DNA of 64,000 bases from contig CAVVJT010000006.1 in the NCBI GenBank assembly GCA_963748625.1, positions 32,001 to 96,000 of the forward strand. The letters run 5' to 3'. The notes beneath the pieces are model-generated. The model did no database searches. It saw nothing but the letters and a program-made list of their open reading frames with translations, and was not told where the DNA came from. This DNA comes from an uncultured Chloroflexia bacterium (GTDB lineage: Bacteria > Chloroflexota > Limnocylindria > Limnocylindrales > CSP1-4). The position numbers and the translations under genes were made by a program. Positions 15,757 to 25,515 of the stretch are shown here, piece by piece (the stretch's first letter is position 1; each line of letters opens with the position of its first letter).

Positions 15757-16755
15757 TCAGTCGCCGATCTCAGCCACGGCCGCGGCGCCTCCTCTCGACG
15801 CCGGGTCGTGCCGGCCAGCGTCGAAGCCGAGGTATGCGCGCAGCCACGCTGCCGATCGAGCACGCCCGATGCGGACGGTCGCCCGGGGCTCCGTGCGGAA
15901 CGCGTGACCCCACCGGACCGCCCGGTCGCGCTGGATCCGCAACGCGGCCACCCACGCGGACGCGCTCAGGAAGGCGAAGGGGTGGTGCAGCCGCCACCAC
16001 CATGGCACGGCCGACCAGATGAACACGAGGTAGTCCGCCCGGAAGGGTCGCTCCCCGAAGCCGAACAGGACCTGGAGCTGGACGATCGTCATCGGCAGCA
16101 TCACGAGGGAGAGCAGCCCGGACAGGGCCAGGAACACCAGCCCCCATGAGCGCGCCCGCGGCGGCAGCACGAACCACAGGGGCGCCGGGACCCACTTCAT
16201 CCAGGTCGCCAGGCCCCAGATCAGGCCGCCGACCCTGGGGCCCGTGAACTGGGCGCCGAACAGCGCGAGCGCCAGCAGCAGATTGATGTTCCCCGTGTCG
16301 AGGTTGGCCGCCATCGGGAACCAGATCAGCCCGACGAGGATGGCGGTCGGCAGCGGCCGCCGCGTGTAGGCCCAGCGGATGGACCACAGCAGCAGCAGGA
16401 TCTGGACCCCGCGCCACGTGAACCAGGCCACCTCCCACGGCAGTAGCGCCCACGGGACGAACAGCGGGAGCATCCAGGGCGAGTAGACGTAGGGCAGGAA
16501 CGGTCCAAGTGGGTGGTACGGGTCGCCACCCTCCAGCCAGATCCGCACCGCGGCCCAGTAGGCGCGGGCATCGGCGCCCGCGGTCTCGCCGCGGGCCGTC
16601 ATGCCGGCCAGGGCGAGCGCGAAGACGACAATGAGGATGCCCATCGCGACGATGCGCCGGGGTTCGCGGATCCGGGTCGCCTCCTGGTGGAGGGCACGCC
16701 GGATCACGCCCGCGCGTCGGGCCGGCCGTCGGTGGAGCGTCGCCTGGGGGTCCAT
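15757..16755 (-). CDS. Glycosyltransferase family 87 (DUF2029) membrane protein
   Basis: ADARAYWAA...GGDPY, PYVYSPW, GNINLLL, K..P motifs; multiple TMs. Confidence 0.75.
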   Translation of the reverse strand: MDPQATLHRRPARRAGVIRRALHQEATRIREPRRIVAMGILIVVFALALAGMTARGETAGADARAYWAAVRIWLEGGDPYHPLGPFLPYVYSPWMLPLFVPWALLPWEVAWFTWRGVQILLLLWSIRWAYTRRPLPTAILVGLIWFPMAANLDTGNINLLLALALFGAQFTGPRVGGLIWGLATWMKWVPAPLWFVLPPRARSWGLVFLALSGLLSLVMLPMTIVQLQVLFGFGERPFRADYLVFIWSAVPWWWRLHHPFAFLSASAWVAALRIQRDRAVRWGHAFRTEPRATVRIGRARSAAWLRAYLGFDAGRHDPASRGGAAAVAEIGD

Positions 16756-16812
16756 CGACCTGCATTCTCGCGCGTTCAGGCCCGGTTGGGGCGCTGCTAG
16801 ACTCCCGGGACC

Positions 16813-17646
16813 ATGCCGCACGGGACAGTCATCGTCATCGGCGGGGCCGAGGACAAGGTCCGCGATCGGGTCATCCTCGGCCAATTCGTCGCGCTCGCGG
16901 GCGGGCCCGAGGCGAGGATCGCCGTGATCGCAACGGCCAGCTCCTTCGGCATGGAGGCGGGCGACCGGTACCGGTCCGTGTTCACCGAGCTGGGTGCTGC
17001 GAACGTGGCGCCGCTCAACGCCGTGAGCCGCGCGCAGGCGAACGACGAGCACGCGGCGCGAATCATCGGCGACTCCACCGGCATCTTCATGACCGGCGGC
17101 AACCAGCTCCGGCTCTCGTCGATGCTGGGCGGGACGCGCCTCGCCGACGCGATCATGGCCCGCTTCATGGCCGGTGCCGTGGTCGCAGGCACCTCCGCCG
17201 GGGCAAGCGCCATCTCGTCGCACATGATCGCGTTCGGGGCGTCGGGCGCCACGCCCAAGCACCGGATGGCCCAGATCGCCGCGGGTCTCGGGTTGCTCCC
17301 GGGCGTCATCGTGGACCAGCACTTCCAGCAGCGGAACCGGCTGGGGCGGCTGCTGTCGCTGATCGCCCAGAACCCGTCGCTGCTGGGCCTCGGCGTGGAC
17401 GAGGACACGGCCGGCGTCGTGGGCCCGGACCAGGTGATGGAGGTCATCGGGCGCGGGTCCATCACCGTGGTGGACGGCGCGGCGTCCGAGACCGACGCCT
17501 GGGAGATCCGCGGCCACCGGCCCCTCATGATCAGCGGGGTGGTGCTGCACAGCCTGCCGGCGGGCTACCGCTTCGACATTCGTCGGCGGACGCGGGTCTC
17601 GGCGCCGGACCTGCAGGTCATCGAGGGCGAGATCGCCTCGAGCTGA
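16813..17646 (+). CDS. cphB: Cyanophycinase
   Basis: IIGGAEDK, FMTGGNQLRL, GTSAGA (Ser), VDQHF (His), GVDEDT (Glu). Confidence 0.92.
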   Translation: MPHGTVIVIGGAEDKVRDRVILGQFVALAGGPEARIAVIATASSFGMEAGDRYRSVFTELGAANVAPLNAVSRAQANDEHAARIIGDSTGIFMTGGNQLRLSSMLGGTRLADAIMARFMAGAVVAGTSAGASAISSHMIAFGASGATPKHRMAQIAAGLGLLPGVIVDQHFQQRNRLGRLLSLIAQNPSLLGLGVDEDTAGVVGPDQVMEVIGRGSITVVDGAASETDAWEIRGHRPLMISGVVLHSLPAGYRFDIRRRTRVSAPDLQVIEGEIASS

Positions 17647-17749
17647 CGCGCGTGCTCAGCCTGGCGGCGACGTTGGCTCGGGGGAGGCTCGACCGAGCGC
17701 GACGCCCAGCGATTACACTCCGGTTCCCCACGCACGCGAGGAGGGTCCA

Positions 17750-20719
17750 GTGGCGCAGGCGGATCCCGCTTCCCCGAAGCGGCCGAGGAAGACCGCGGCT
17801 CCGGCCGCCGACACGACCGCGGACGGGGGCGCAGCCGCGGCTCCGGCCGCCGCCACCACGCCGGACGCCGGCGCCACGCCGGAGGCGGACCCGGCCACGC
17901 CGCGGCGGAGGGCCTCGGACGCGATCCCGGGCGGCCTGCGTCCCGAGCCCACCCTGCGCATCCTCGAGACCCGCGTCCTGCGCGGCGCCAACTACTGGGC
18001 CAGGGAGCCCGTGATCCGCCAGGTCGTGGATCTGGGCGTGCTCGAGGAGTTCCCGAGCAACACGATCCCTGGTTTCGTCGACGCCCTCGTCGGGTTGCTG
18101 CCAACCCTGGAGGAGCACGCCTGCTCCCTGGGCCGGCGAGGCGGGTTCATCACGCGCCTCCGTGATGGGACCTGGGCGGGCCACGTGGCCGAGCACATCG
18201 CCCTGGAGTTCCAGAACCTCGCCGGCACGGACGTCCGCCACGGCAAGACCCGCGGCACCGGCGAGCATGGTCGCTACAACGTGATCTTCGAGTACCGCGA
18301 GGAGCAGGTCGGCATCGAGGCCGGCCGCAAGGCCGTCGGGCTCGTCAACCACCTCGTGGCGCCCCACGACCCGGCCTTCGACTTCGATCTCATGGCGGAG
18401 CTCGAGAGCCTGATCCTCATGGCGGAGCGGCTCGCCTTCGGGCCCTCCACCCAGGCGCTCATCGACGAGGCCGCGGGCCGCGACATCCCGTACATGCGCC
18501 TCGACCGCTACTCGCTCGTCCAGTTTGGCCAGGGTGTCCACCAGCAGCGAATCCGCGCCACGATGACCAGCCGCACGAGCGGCATCGCGGTGGACATCGC
18601 GTCGGACAAGAAGCTGACCAACCGCCTCCTCGACTCGGCAGGGCTCCCGGTGCCGCGCTCGGAGATGGTGGAGACCGAGGACGAGGCCGTCGCCGCGGCC
18701 CGCCGCCTGGGTTATCCATGCGTCATCAAGCCGCTCGACGGCAACCACGGCAGGGGCGTCGCGCTGGACCTGCTGAACGAGGCCGCCGTCCGCGCCGCCT
18801 GGCCCGAGACGCTGCGCCAGAGCCGCGGCGGCGACGTGATCGTGGAGTCGTACATCACCGGCCGCGACTATCGCTGCCTCGTGATCGGCGGCAAACTCGC
18901 GGCGGTCGCCGAGCGTGTCCCGGCCAGCGTCACCGGCGACGGCGAGCGGACGATCCGCGAGCTGGTCGAGGTCACCAACGCCGACCCGCGCCGGGGCCTC
19001 GGGCACGAGAAGGTCCTCACCCGTATCAGGCTCGATGCCAACGCCGAGGCGGTCCTCGCGGGCCAGGGCTTCGCCCCCGACGACGTGCCGCCCGCCGGCG
19101 CCTTCGTCAAGCTCGCCCTCACGGGCAACATGTCCACCGGCGGCACGTCCATCGACCGCACCCTCGAGGCCCACCCCGACAACGTGGAGATCGCCGAGAC
19201 GGCGGCCCGCGTCGTCGGCCTCGACATCGCCGGCATCGACTTCATCTGCCCGGACATCGAGGAGCCGGTCCGCGAGACCGGCGGCGGCATCGTCGAGGTC
19301 AACGCGGCCCCCGGCTTCCGGATGCACACGCATCCAACCGAGGGTGAGCCCCAGTACGTCGCAAAGCCGGTCATCGATCTCCTGTTCCCGCCCGGCACTC
19401 CGGCCCGCATCCCCATCCTCGCCGTCACCGGGACCAACGGCAAGACGACGACCGTGCGGATGACCGCCCACGTCCTCAAGCTGATGGGCAAGCGCGTGGG
19501 CATGACGTCCACCGACGGCATCGTCATCGACGGCCGGCTGATGAAGCGCGGCGACATGAGCGGGCCGAAATCGGCACAGATGGTCCTCCAGAACCCGACG
19601 GTGGACACGGCGGTGTTCGAGGTGGCCCGCGGCGGCATCCTTCGCGAGGGCCTGGGCTACGACCGCAACGACGTCGCTGTGGTCACCAACGTCACCGGCG
19701 ATCACCTGGGGATCGGCGGCATCGACACGCTCGGCCAGCTGGCCAACGTCAAGGGCGTGGTCGTCGAGGCCGTGCCGCGGGCGGGGACCGCGGTCCTCAA
19801 CGCCGACGACCATCTCGTCTACCGGATGGGACGCCACTGCAGCGGACGCGTAGTGCTGTTCTCGATGTCGAAGGCGAAGGGGGAGGAGGGCTTCGATCGC
19901 GTCGACGGGCACGCCGCGCGTGGCAACGCCGCCTTCTGTCTCGAGGACACGCCCCAGGGCGAGCTCATCGTGCTGCGCCACGGCCCGCGCAAGATGCCGG
20001 TCCTCTACACCCACCTCATTCCCGCCACGTTCGGCGGGCGGGCGCGGATGAACGTCGCCAATGCGCTCGCCGCCGCTGCCGCCGCGTGGTCGATGGGCGC
20101 CCACATCCACGACATCCGCCAGGGCCTGAGGACCTTCTCGACGTCCTTCTTCCAGGCGCCGGGCCGCCTCAACCTGGTGGAGGTCGCGGGGACGCGCGTG
20201 GTCATCGACTACTGCCACAACGTGGACGGCATGCGCCAGCTGGCGGACTTCGTCAACCGGATGATGGTGGAGCCGCAGACGCGGGCGGGCGTGCTGGGAG
20301 CCTCGGCCGCACCGCCGCGAACCGGGCGAGCCATCGGCGTCATCGGGATCCCGGGCGACCGCCGCGACCAGGACCAGCGCGAATACGGCGCCCTGGCCGC
20401 CACCGCGTTCGACGAGCTCGTCATCCGCGAGGACCGCAACCTGCGCGGGCGGCAACCCGGCGAGTCGGCGTCCAACGTCGCCGCGGGGATCCGTGCCGCC
20501 CGCGGCGAGGGCGGTGGCCGGGCCGTGCGGATCGACAAGATCCTTGACGAGGCGTCCGCCGTGCGCGCGGCCCTGCGTCGCTCGGCCCCGGGTGACCTCG
20601 TGGTGGTCTGCGCCGACGATGCAGTGGACGTGTACCGGCAGGCGATGGCACTCGCCGGGCGCAACCAGGGCGGCACCGCCTTCGCCGACCCGGGCGAGCT
20701 GGAGGCTCCGCTGGGATGA
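17750..20719 (+). CDS. cphA: Cyanophycin synthetase CphA1
   Basis: N domain (HACS...GHVAEHIALE), ATP-grasp (KPLDGNHGRGV, EVNAAPGFRMH), Mur-like domain (VTGTNGKTTT, EVARGG, PGRLN). Confidence 0.95.
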   Translation: MAQADPASPKRPRKTAAPAADTTADGGAAAAPAAATTPDAGATPEADPATPRRRASDAIPGGLRPEPTLRILETRVLRGANYWAREPVIRQVVDLGVLEEFPSNTIPGFVDALVGLLPTLEEHACSLGRRGGFITRLRDGTWAGHVAEHIALEFQNLAGTDVRHGKTRGTGEHGRYNVIFEYREEQVGIEAGRKAVGLVNHLVAPHDPAFDFDLMAELESLILMAERLAFGPSTQALIDEAAGRDIPYMRLDRYSLVQFGQGVHQQRIRATMTSRTSGIAVDIASDKKLTNRLLDSAGLPVPRSEMVETEDEAVAAARRLGYPCVIKPLDGNHGRGVALDLLNEAAVRAAWPETLRQSRGGDVIVESYITGRDYRCLVIGGKLAAVAERVPASVTGDGERTIRELVEVTNADPRRGLGHEKVLTRIRLDANAEAVLAGQGFAPDDVPPAGAFVKLALTGNMSTGGTSIDRTLEAHPDNVEIAETAARVVGLDIAGIDFICPDIEEPVRETGGGIVEVNAAPGFRMHTHPTEGEPQYVAKPVIDLLFPPGTPARIPILAVTGTNGKTTTVRMTAHVLKLMGKRVGMTSTDGIVIDGRLMKRGDMSGPKSAQMVLQNPTVDTAVFEVARGGILREGLGYDRNDVAVVTNVTGDHLGIGGIDTLGQLANVKGVVVEAVPRAGTAVLNADDHLVYRMGRHCSGRVVLFSMSKAKGEEGFDRVDGHAARGNAAFCLEDTPQGELIVLRHGPRKMPVLYTHLIPATFGGRARMNVANALAAAAAAWSMGAHIHDIRQGLRTFSTSFFQAPGRLNLVEVAGTRVVIDYCHNVDGMRQLADFVNRMMVEPQTRAGVLGASAAPPRTGRAIGVIGIPGDRRDQDQREYGALAATAFDELVIREDRNLRGRQPGESASNVAAGIRAARGEGGGRAVRIDKILDEASAVRAALRRSAPGDLVVVCADDAVDVYRQAMALAGRNQGGTAFADPGELEAPLG

Positions 20720-21006
20720 GCGACGCGGGCGTGCCGTGACGGGCTCCGGTGGGCCGCGGGGCGCGGAGCTCGAGGTCCGCGCACCTGGCGAACCCATACC
20801 CCCGGCCGCGCTGCTCAGGATGGCTCGCGTTGGGTGTATCGGATCCGGGCCACGACGGTGCGGAGGAGCAGTCGACGAGCGACCACATCGGCCGATCGTA
20901 CTGGGCTGATCTGAGCACGAATCGGGGTTGCCGACCCCCACGGGCCGAACGCCGCCGCCTGCCGGGCGCATCATCGTCTCGACAATGCACGGCAGGGTGG
21001 GGAGCC

Positions 21007-21560
21007 ATGGAACGAGACAGCGCACCACGACGGTTCGCGACCCTGGTGCTCGCTGCAGCGGCAATCGGATCTCCACTCGCGGGTTGTGGCACGCCGACGA
21101 CACCGTCGGCTGTGCCGAGCCCTTCCAGCGACCAGCCGGCACCCGCGACCCGGCAGGGGGAAAGCCGGGCCGCGACCGGAGTGTGCGTCACTCAGCCGGA
21201 CGCGAGCAGGGCAGTCGCTCCGGACATGGCATCAACCTCGACGAACCAGTGGCTCGTCACGTCGGCGGTCGTCCCGTCGGCCCTGCCGGACAGGTAGACC
21301 TGCCAGACGAGCCGCTGCTCGCCGGCCTGGGTGAAGGTGATCGGCAGCTCGGCCGTGTCCCCCTTGACGCCAGTGGCGTCGGTGATGACGGTGGCGCTGC
21401 GGACTCGGCGGCAACGCGTGCGACCGCCGGCGTGGGCGGGTCGGCGTACGGCCGGGACACGTTGACGATGGCCGCCCGGCGGCCCATCTGTCGCCCTCTG
21501 GCGGCGAACCGTCCTCTGGGCGGCCAATTGCCGTCGTAGCGGCTGCGAGGGACTGGTCTG
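21007..21560. pseudogene. Disrupted lipoprotein: signal-peptide fragment on +, PepSY-like C-terminal fragment on -
   Basis: + strand MERDSAPRRFATLVLAAAAIGSPLAGC with RBS; - strand ...RLVWQVYLSG...HWFVEVDAMSGATALLASG* ending at 21192, with frameshifts. Confidence 0.4.
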
Positions 21561-21639
21561 GTCGCGCCCAGGGGACCGAGCGTCCGGGTGCGGCGACGAA
21601 CGGTCCGCCCAGCGGACCGGGGAGCCCCCGGAGCCCGCC

Positions 21640-23403
21640 CTACTCCCGAACGCGCCCCTGGTCGGTGAGCCTCGGCGCCAGGGCCAGGAGTTCCGTGGCC
21701 ACGTCAACCCCACGCGCCCCCAGGCGCTCGAGCAGCGCGAAGACCTGGTCCCGATCCTGGTGGCAGAACAGCACGACGACCCGCGGCGCGTCGGGGCGCC
21801 CATCGGCGGCGACGCTGCCCGCACCGACCAGCTCCGCATCGAGGGCCATTGCCTCACTCTCGTAGACCGGGACCGTCGCTGGGTCCAGGCCACCCTCCAT
21901 GAGCCCCTCGCCGATGACCCGCACGATCTCCGCGCGATCACGTCCGCGCAGGTAGGCGAGGGTCTCCTTGAGCACGACCCGCTGCGCCCGCTGCGCGGCG
22001 AGGCGCCCGATCCCCCGCAGCGTGTCGTCCGGCCGGTCGCCGGCGGTCCCGATGATGGCGGTCACGGGCGCGACCCCTTCGGCCTCCCCGCCGGCGATCG
22101 CCGACGCGACGTCGAGGATCGCCTCCGTGCCGGCCTCGTTGTGCGCGAAGTCCACGATGATCGTCCGACGGCCGAGGCGGAACAGGTTGAGTCGCCCCGG
22201 CGAGAGGTCTGCAGACGGCCGGAAGTCCAGGAGCCCGGCCGAGACCTGCTCGCGCGTCGCACCCAGCGCCCGTGCCCCGCCGGCCGCCGCCAGCGCGTTC
22301 GCGACGTTGTGCCTCGCCAGGCCGCCCAGCGCGACGGGCAGGTCGGCGACGTCGAGCAGGGCTTGCGCGGCGGCGCCGTCCCATTCGACCAGCCGGCCCC
22401 GATCGAGGACCCAGGCGAGCCCGCCCGCGCGCCGGTGGCGCGCGAGGAGCGGCGAGGAACCCGGGTCCATCGAGAAGTAGGCCACGCGCGCTCGTACCCG
22501 GCGCGCGATGCTCGCCACGAGCGGGTCGTCGGCGTTGAGCACGACGAGTCCGCCGGGCTTCGTCACGCGGCACACCGTCGCCTTGACCTCGGCGAGCTCC
22601 GGGAGCGTGTGGATGCCCTGCAGATCGAGGTGGTCCGCCGAGATGTTGGTGAACACACTCGCCTCGTTGGACTCATAGCCCATGCCCCGCAGGACGAGGC
22701 CGCCGCGCGCCGTCTCCAGGACCGCCACGTCCACGTCGTCCCGGCGCAGGACCGCCGCCGCGCCACCCGGCCCGGTCCAGTCCCCGGCGTCGACCATGCG
22801 CTCGTCCACGAGGATCCCGTCGCTGGTCGTCGTGCCGACGTGGTGCCCGGCCAGCAGCAGGATGTGGGTGATCAGCCGGGTGACGGTCGACTTGCCGTTG
22901 GTCCCGGTGATGGACACGACGGAGATCCGCCGATCGGCGTCGCGGATCCAGGCCGGCGGGGCAGCGCCGGCCTCCGCGATCCGGGCCTCCCAGCTGTCCA
23001 CGAGGCGTTCCTGGGTCATCGTCAGGTGCACGCGACGGGCCGCCGAGACAGACCGGCCGGCGAGGTCCACCGCGGCCTCCGCGAGCAGGCGGGCCCGCTC
23101 GGCGCCCGACCAGGGCCAGGTGATCACCCATCGGCCGGCATCCGACGCCCGGTGGACGACCGCGGGACCCGCATGCTCGCCATGGTCGGCGCGGAGCCGC
23201 CGGGTCCAGGCCACGATATCCGCCACGGGATCCGGCCACTCGCGCATCGGCACCGGACGGGCGAGATGCACGGTGGACCCATCCGAAGGCGTCCGGGATC
23301 CCTTCCAGGTGCGCGTCCGGCCGACGGTGACTTCGACCTTGACCACCGGCAGCAGCCGGTAGACGTTGGGGCCCTCGAGCAGCCGGATCTCCACGAGTCG
23401 CAC
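21640..23403 (-). CDS. CphA-like Mur-ligase protein (degenerate N domain + M domain, no ATP-grasp)
   Basis: Start MRLVEIRLLEGPNVY resembles the CphA N-domain start; ITGTNGKSTVTR, TSDGI, GDWTGP, ETARGG, DHLDLQGIHTL, PGRLN, DFAHN align with the CphA M domain. Confidence 0.8.
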   Translation of the reverse strand: MRLVEIRLLEGPNVYRLLPVVKVEVTVGRTRTWKGSRTPSDGSTVHLARPVPMREWPDPVADIVAWTRRLRADHGEHAGPAVVHRASDAGRWVITWPWSGAERARLLAEAAVDLAGRSVSAARRVHLTMTQERLVDSWEARIAEAGAAPPAWIRDADRRISVVSITGTNGKSTVTRLITHILLLAGHHVGTTTSDGILVDERMVDAGDWTGPGGAAAVLRRDDVDVAVLETARGGLVLRGMGYESNEASVFTNISADHLDLQGIHTLPELAEVKATVCRVTKPGGLVVLNADDPLVASIARRVRARVAYFSMDPGSSPLLARHRRAGGLAWVLDRGRLVEWDGAAAQALLDVADLPVALGGLARHNVANALAAAGGARALGATREQVSAGLLDFRPSADLSPGRLNLFRLGRRTIIVDFAHNEAGTEAILDVASAIAGGEAEGVAPVTAIIGTAGDRPDDTLRGIGRLAAQRAQRVVLKETLAYLRGRDRAEIVRVIGEGLMEGGLDPATVPVYESEAMALDAELVGAGSVAADGRPDAPRVVVLFCHQDRDQVFALLERLGARGVDVATELLALAPRLTDQGRVRE

Positions 23404-23492
23404 GGTTCGGAAACTCTACGCGAGCGGGCACCGCGGCGACTGCCCGCTCCGGCGCCACGTGGCGCGGGGTCGTGTGCCGATAGACTGGCCGC

Positions 23493-24743
23493 ATGGTTCG
23501 CTCCGACAACGCCCTCGTCGCACCGGAAGAGCTCGCCGCGCTGCGGGCGAGCATCGAGCGGGCCTACCCGGCCTATCTCGCCGACCTCGAACGGCTCGTG
23601 AACACGGACTGCGGCAGCTACACGAAGGCCGGCGTGGACGCCATCGGCCACTGGACCGCGGAGCGGCTCCGGATCCTGGGCTTTGCGGTGACGGCGCACG
23701 AGAACGACGAGGACCTGGGCGAGACGGTCATCGGCGAGCTGCGAGGGACCGACCCTGACGGGCCGACGCTCCTCTGCATCGGCCACATGGACACGGTCTT
23801 CGACCCCGGGACGGTCGAGGAGCGGCCGTTCGCCATCCAGGGGGGCATCGCCACGGGCCCCGGTGTCACGGACATGAAGAGCGGGCTGCTGGCAGGGCTG
23901 CACGCGATCGCCGCCGTGCGCGAGGTCCTGGGCGGCGTCCCGTTCGCGCGCCTGGTGTTCGTCGCCAATCCGGACGAAGAGATCGGGTCGCCGGTGTCCA
24001 CGCCGCACATCCGGCGGCTCGCCCGCGAGGCCGATGCATGCCTGGTCTTCGAGTGCGCGCGCGGGAACGGCGACATCGTGTCGTCGCGGAAGGGGACGCT
24101 GGACCTGGTCGTCACGGTGACCGGGCGGGCGGCCCATGCCGGCGTTGAGCCCGAGAAGGGGCGCAGCGCGGTCCTCGAGGCCGCCCGGATCACGCTGGAC
24201 CTCCACGCGCTCAACGGGCGCTGGGCGGGGGTCACGGTCAACGTCGGGGTCATCGAGGGCGGCACGCGGCCGAACGTTGTCGCGGAGCGATGCTCGCTCG
24301 AGGTGGATGTGCGGGCGGTGACGCGCGAGGGCCTGGAGGGGGTCGAGGCGGCGATCGCCCGCGTCCTCGCGCCGCAGCTCGTGCCGGACGTCACGGTGGA
24401 GTCCGTCCAGACCGGCCGTCACTGGCCGATGGAGAAGCTGGAGCGGTCCTGCAGGCTCGTCGAGCGTGCCGTGAGCCTCGCCGACGAGCTGGGCTTCGAG
24501 CTCCGTGACGCCATGACCGGCGGAGCGTCGGACGCGAACACGACTGCGGGCATGGGCGTGCCCACGCTCGACGGGCTGGGCCCCATCGGCGGGATGGACC
24601 ACTCGCCGCAGGAGTACCTGGAGGTCGCGTCGATCGTTCCCCGGACCACGCTGCTCGCCGCGTTGATCGTGGCCGTCGGGCGCGACCCCGAAGTCCGGCG
24701 CTGGCGGGCCGAACGCCTGGCGAGGACGGGTGTCGCGCGGTGA
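23493..24743 (+). CDS. M20 family metallopeptidase (glutamate carboxypeptidase-like)
   Basis: GHMDTV, GPGVTDMKSG, DEEIGS, AAHAG, GGASDAN, H of MDHSPQE. Confidence 0.9.
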   Translation: MVRSDNALVAPEELAALRASIERAYPAYLADLERLVNTDCGSYTKAGVDAIGHWTAERLRILGFAVTAHENDEDLGETVIGELRGTDPDGPTLLCIGHMDTVFDPGTVEERPFAIQGGIATGPGVTDMKSGLLAGLHAIAAVREVLGGVPFARLVFVANPDEEIGSPVSTPHIRRLAREADACLVFECARGNGDIVSSRKGTLDLVVTVTGRAAHAGVEPEKGRSAVLEAARITLDLHALNGRWAGVTVNVGVIEGGTRPNVVAERCSLEVDVRAVTREGLEGVEAAIARVLAPQLVPDVTVESVQTGRHWPMEKLERSCRLVERAVSLADELGFELRDAMTGGASDANTTAGMGVPTLDGLGPIGGMDHSPQEYLEVASIVPRTTLLAALIVAVGRDPEVRRWRAERLARTGVAR

Positions 24744-25126
24744 GTCGCCGCCACGTCGGGAGCGGAGGGCCCTGGGAGGCACGCGCCGGCTACTCGCGGG
24801 CCCTGGCCGTGGGCGACGCCTGCTTTGTGGCGGGCACCACGGACGCTGGGCCTGACGGCGAGTCGCGGAACCCGGGCGACGCCGCGGGCCAGGCGCGCGC
24901 GGCATTCGCGATCGTCGAGGGCGCGCTGATCGAGGCGGGCTTTGCCCTTGACGACGTGGTCAGGACCCGGATGTACGTCGTGGACCCGGGCGATGCCGAC
25001 GTCGTCGCGGCGGTTCACGGCGAGCTGTTCCGGCATGTTCGGCCGGCCGCAACCCTGGTCGTGGTCGCGGGTCTGATGCGCCCCAGCCTCCGCGTCGAGG
25101 TGGAGGCGGAGGCCCGGCGCGGCTGA
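24740..25126 (+). CDS. RidA/YjgF family protein
   Basis: GYSRA, VAGTT, DVVRTRMYV, RPAATLVVV, VEVEAEA. Confidence 0.88.
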   Translation: MSRRHVGSGGPWEARAGYSRALAVGDACFVAGTTDAGPDGESRNPGDAAGQARAAFAIVEGALIEAGFALDDVVRTRMYVVDPGDADVVAAVHGELFRHVRPAATLVVVAGLMRPSLRVEVEAEARRG

Positions 25127-25202
25127 GCGGAGGCGGGCCTCCGCCATGCGGACCTGCGCCCGTCGCGCCCGTCGCGGGCTGTGAGCCTGGTTCCTGTCGG
25201 AT

Positions 25203-25463
25203 GCCCGTGGAGCGGACCGTGTCCGGCCATCTGCCACCGGTGGGTCGGGTCGGGTGGACACCGGGCACCGTGGTGCGTGCCTGGGCTCGCCATCACGCGC
25301 GCGACCCTCCCGCCGCTGGTCCATCACGCGGACCGTAGGCGAGACGCTCCTGCCTACCGTCCGCCACCCGGACGGATGGCGGAAGGACCGCCGTCCGGAG
25401 CCGATACCGTCCGTGGAGCGGACCGCTGGCGGGATGGGGCGAGATAGCGTCCGCTGGGCGGAC
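25203..25463. repeat. Cluster of degenerate 15-bp palindromes (GTCCG-N5-CGGAC), REP-like
   Basis: Units at 25203, 25319, 25359, 25409, 25449; the reverse complement of the last also occurs at 21603-21617. Confidence 0.5.
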
Positions 25464-25515
25464 AATCGGCGGGAAGCGGGGCGGAAGTGGGGCGGGAACG
25501 GCCCACCACGTCCGG

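Noticed and set aside
21640-23403. Annotation as MurE/MurF or FolC
   Set aside because: Motifs and N-terminus match the neighbouring CphA far better, and the gene is not in a dcw cluster
25203-25463. Possible CRISPR array
   Set aside because: Repeats are only about 15 bp, degenerate and irregularly spaced, with no cas genes; kept as a REP-like repeat
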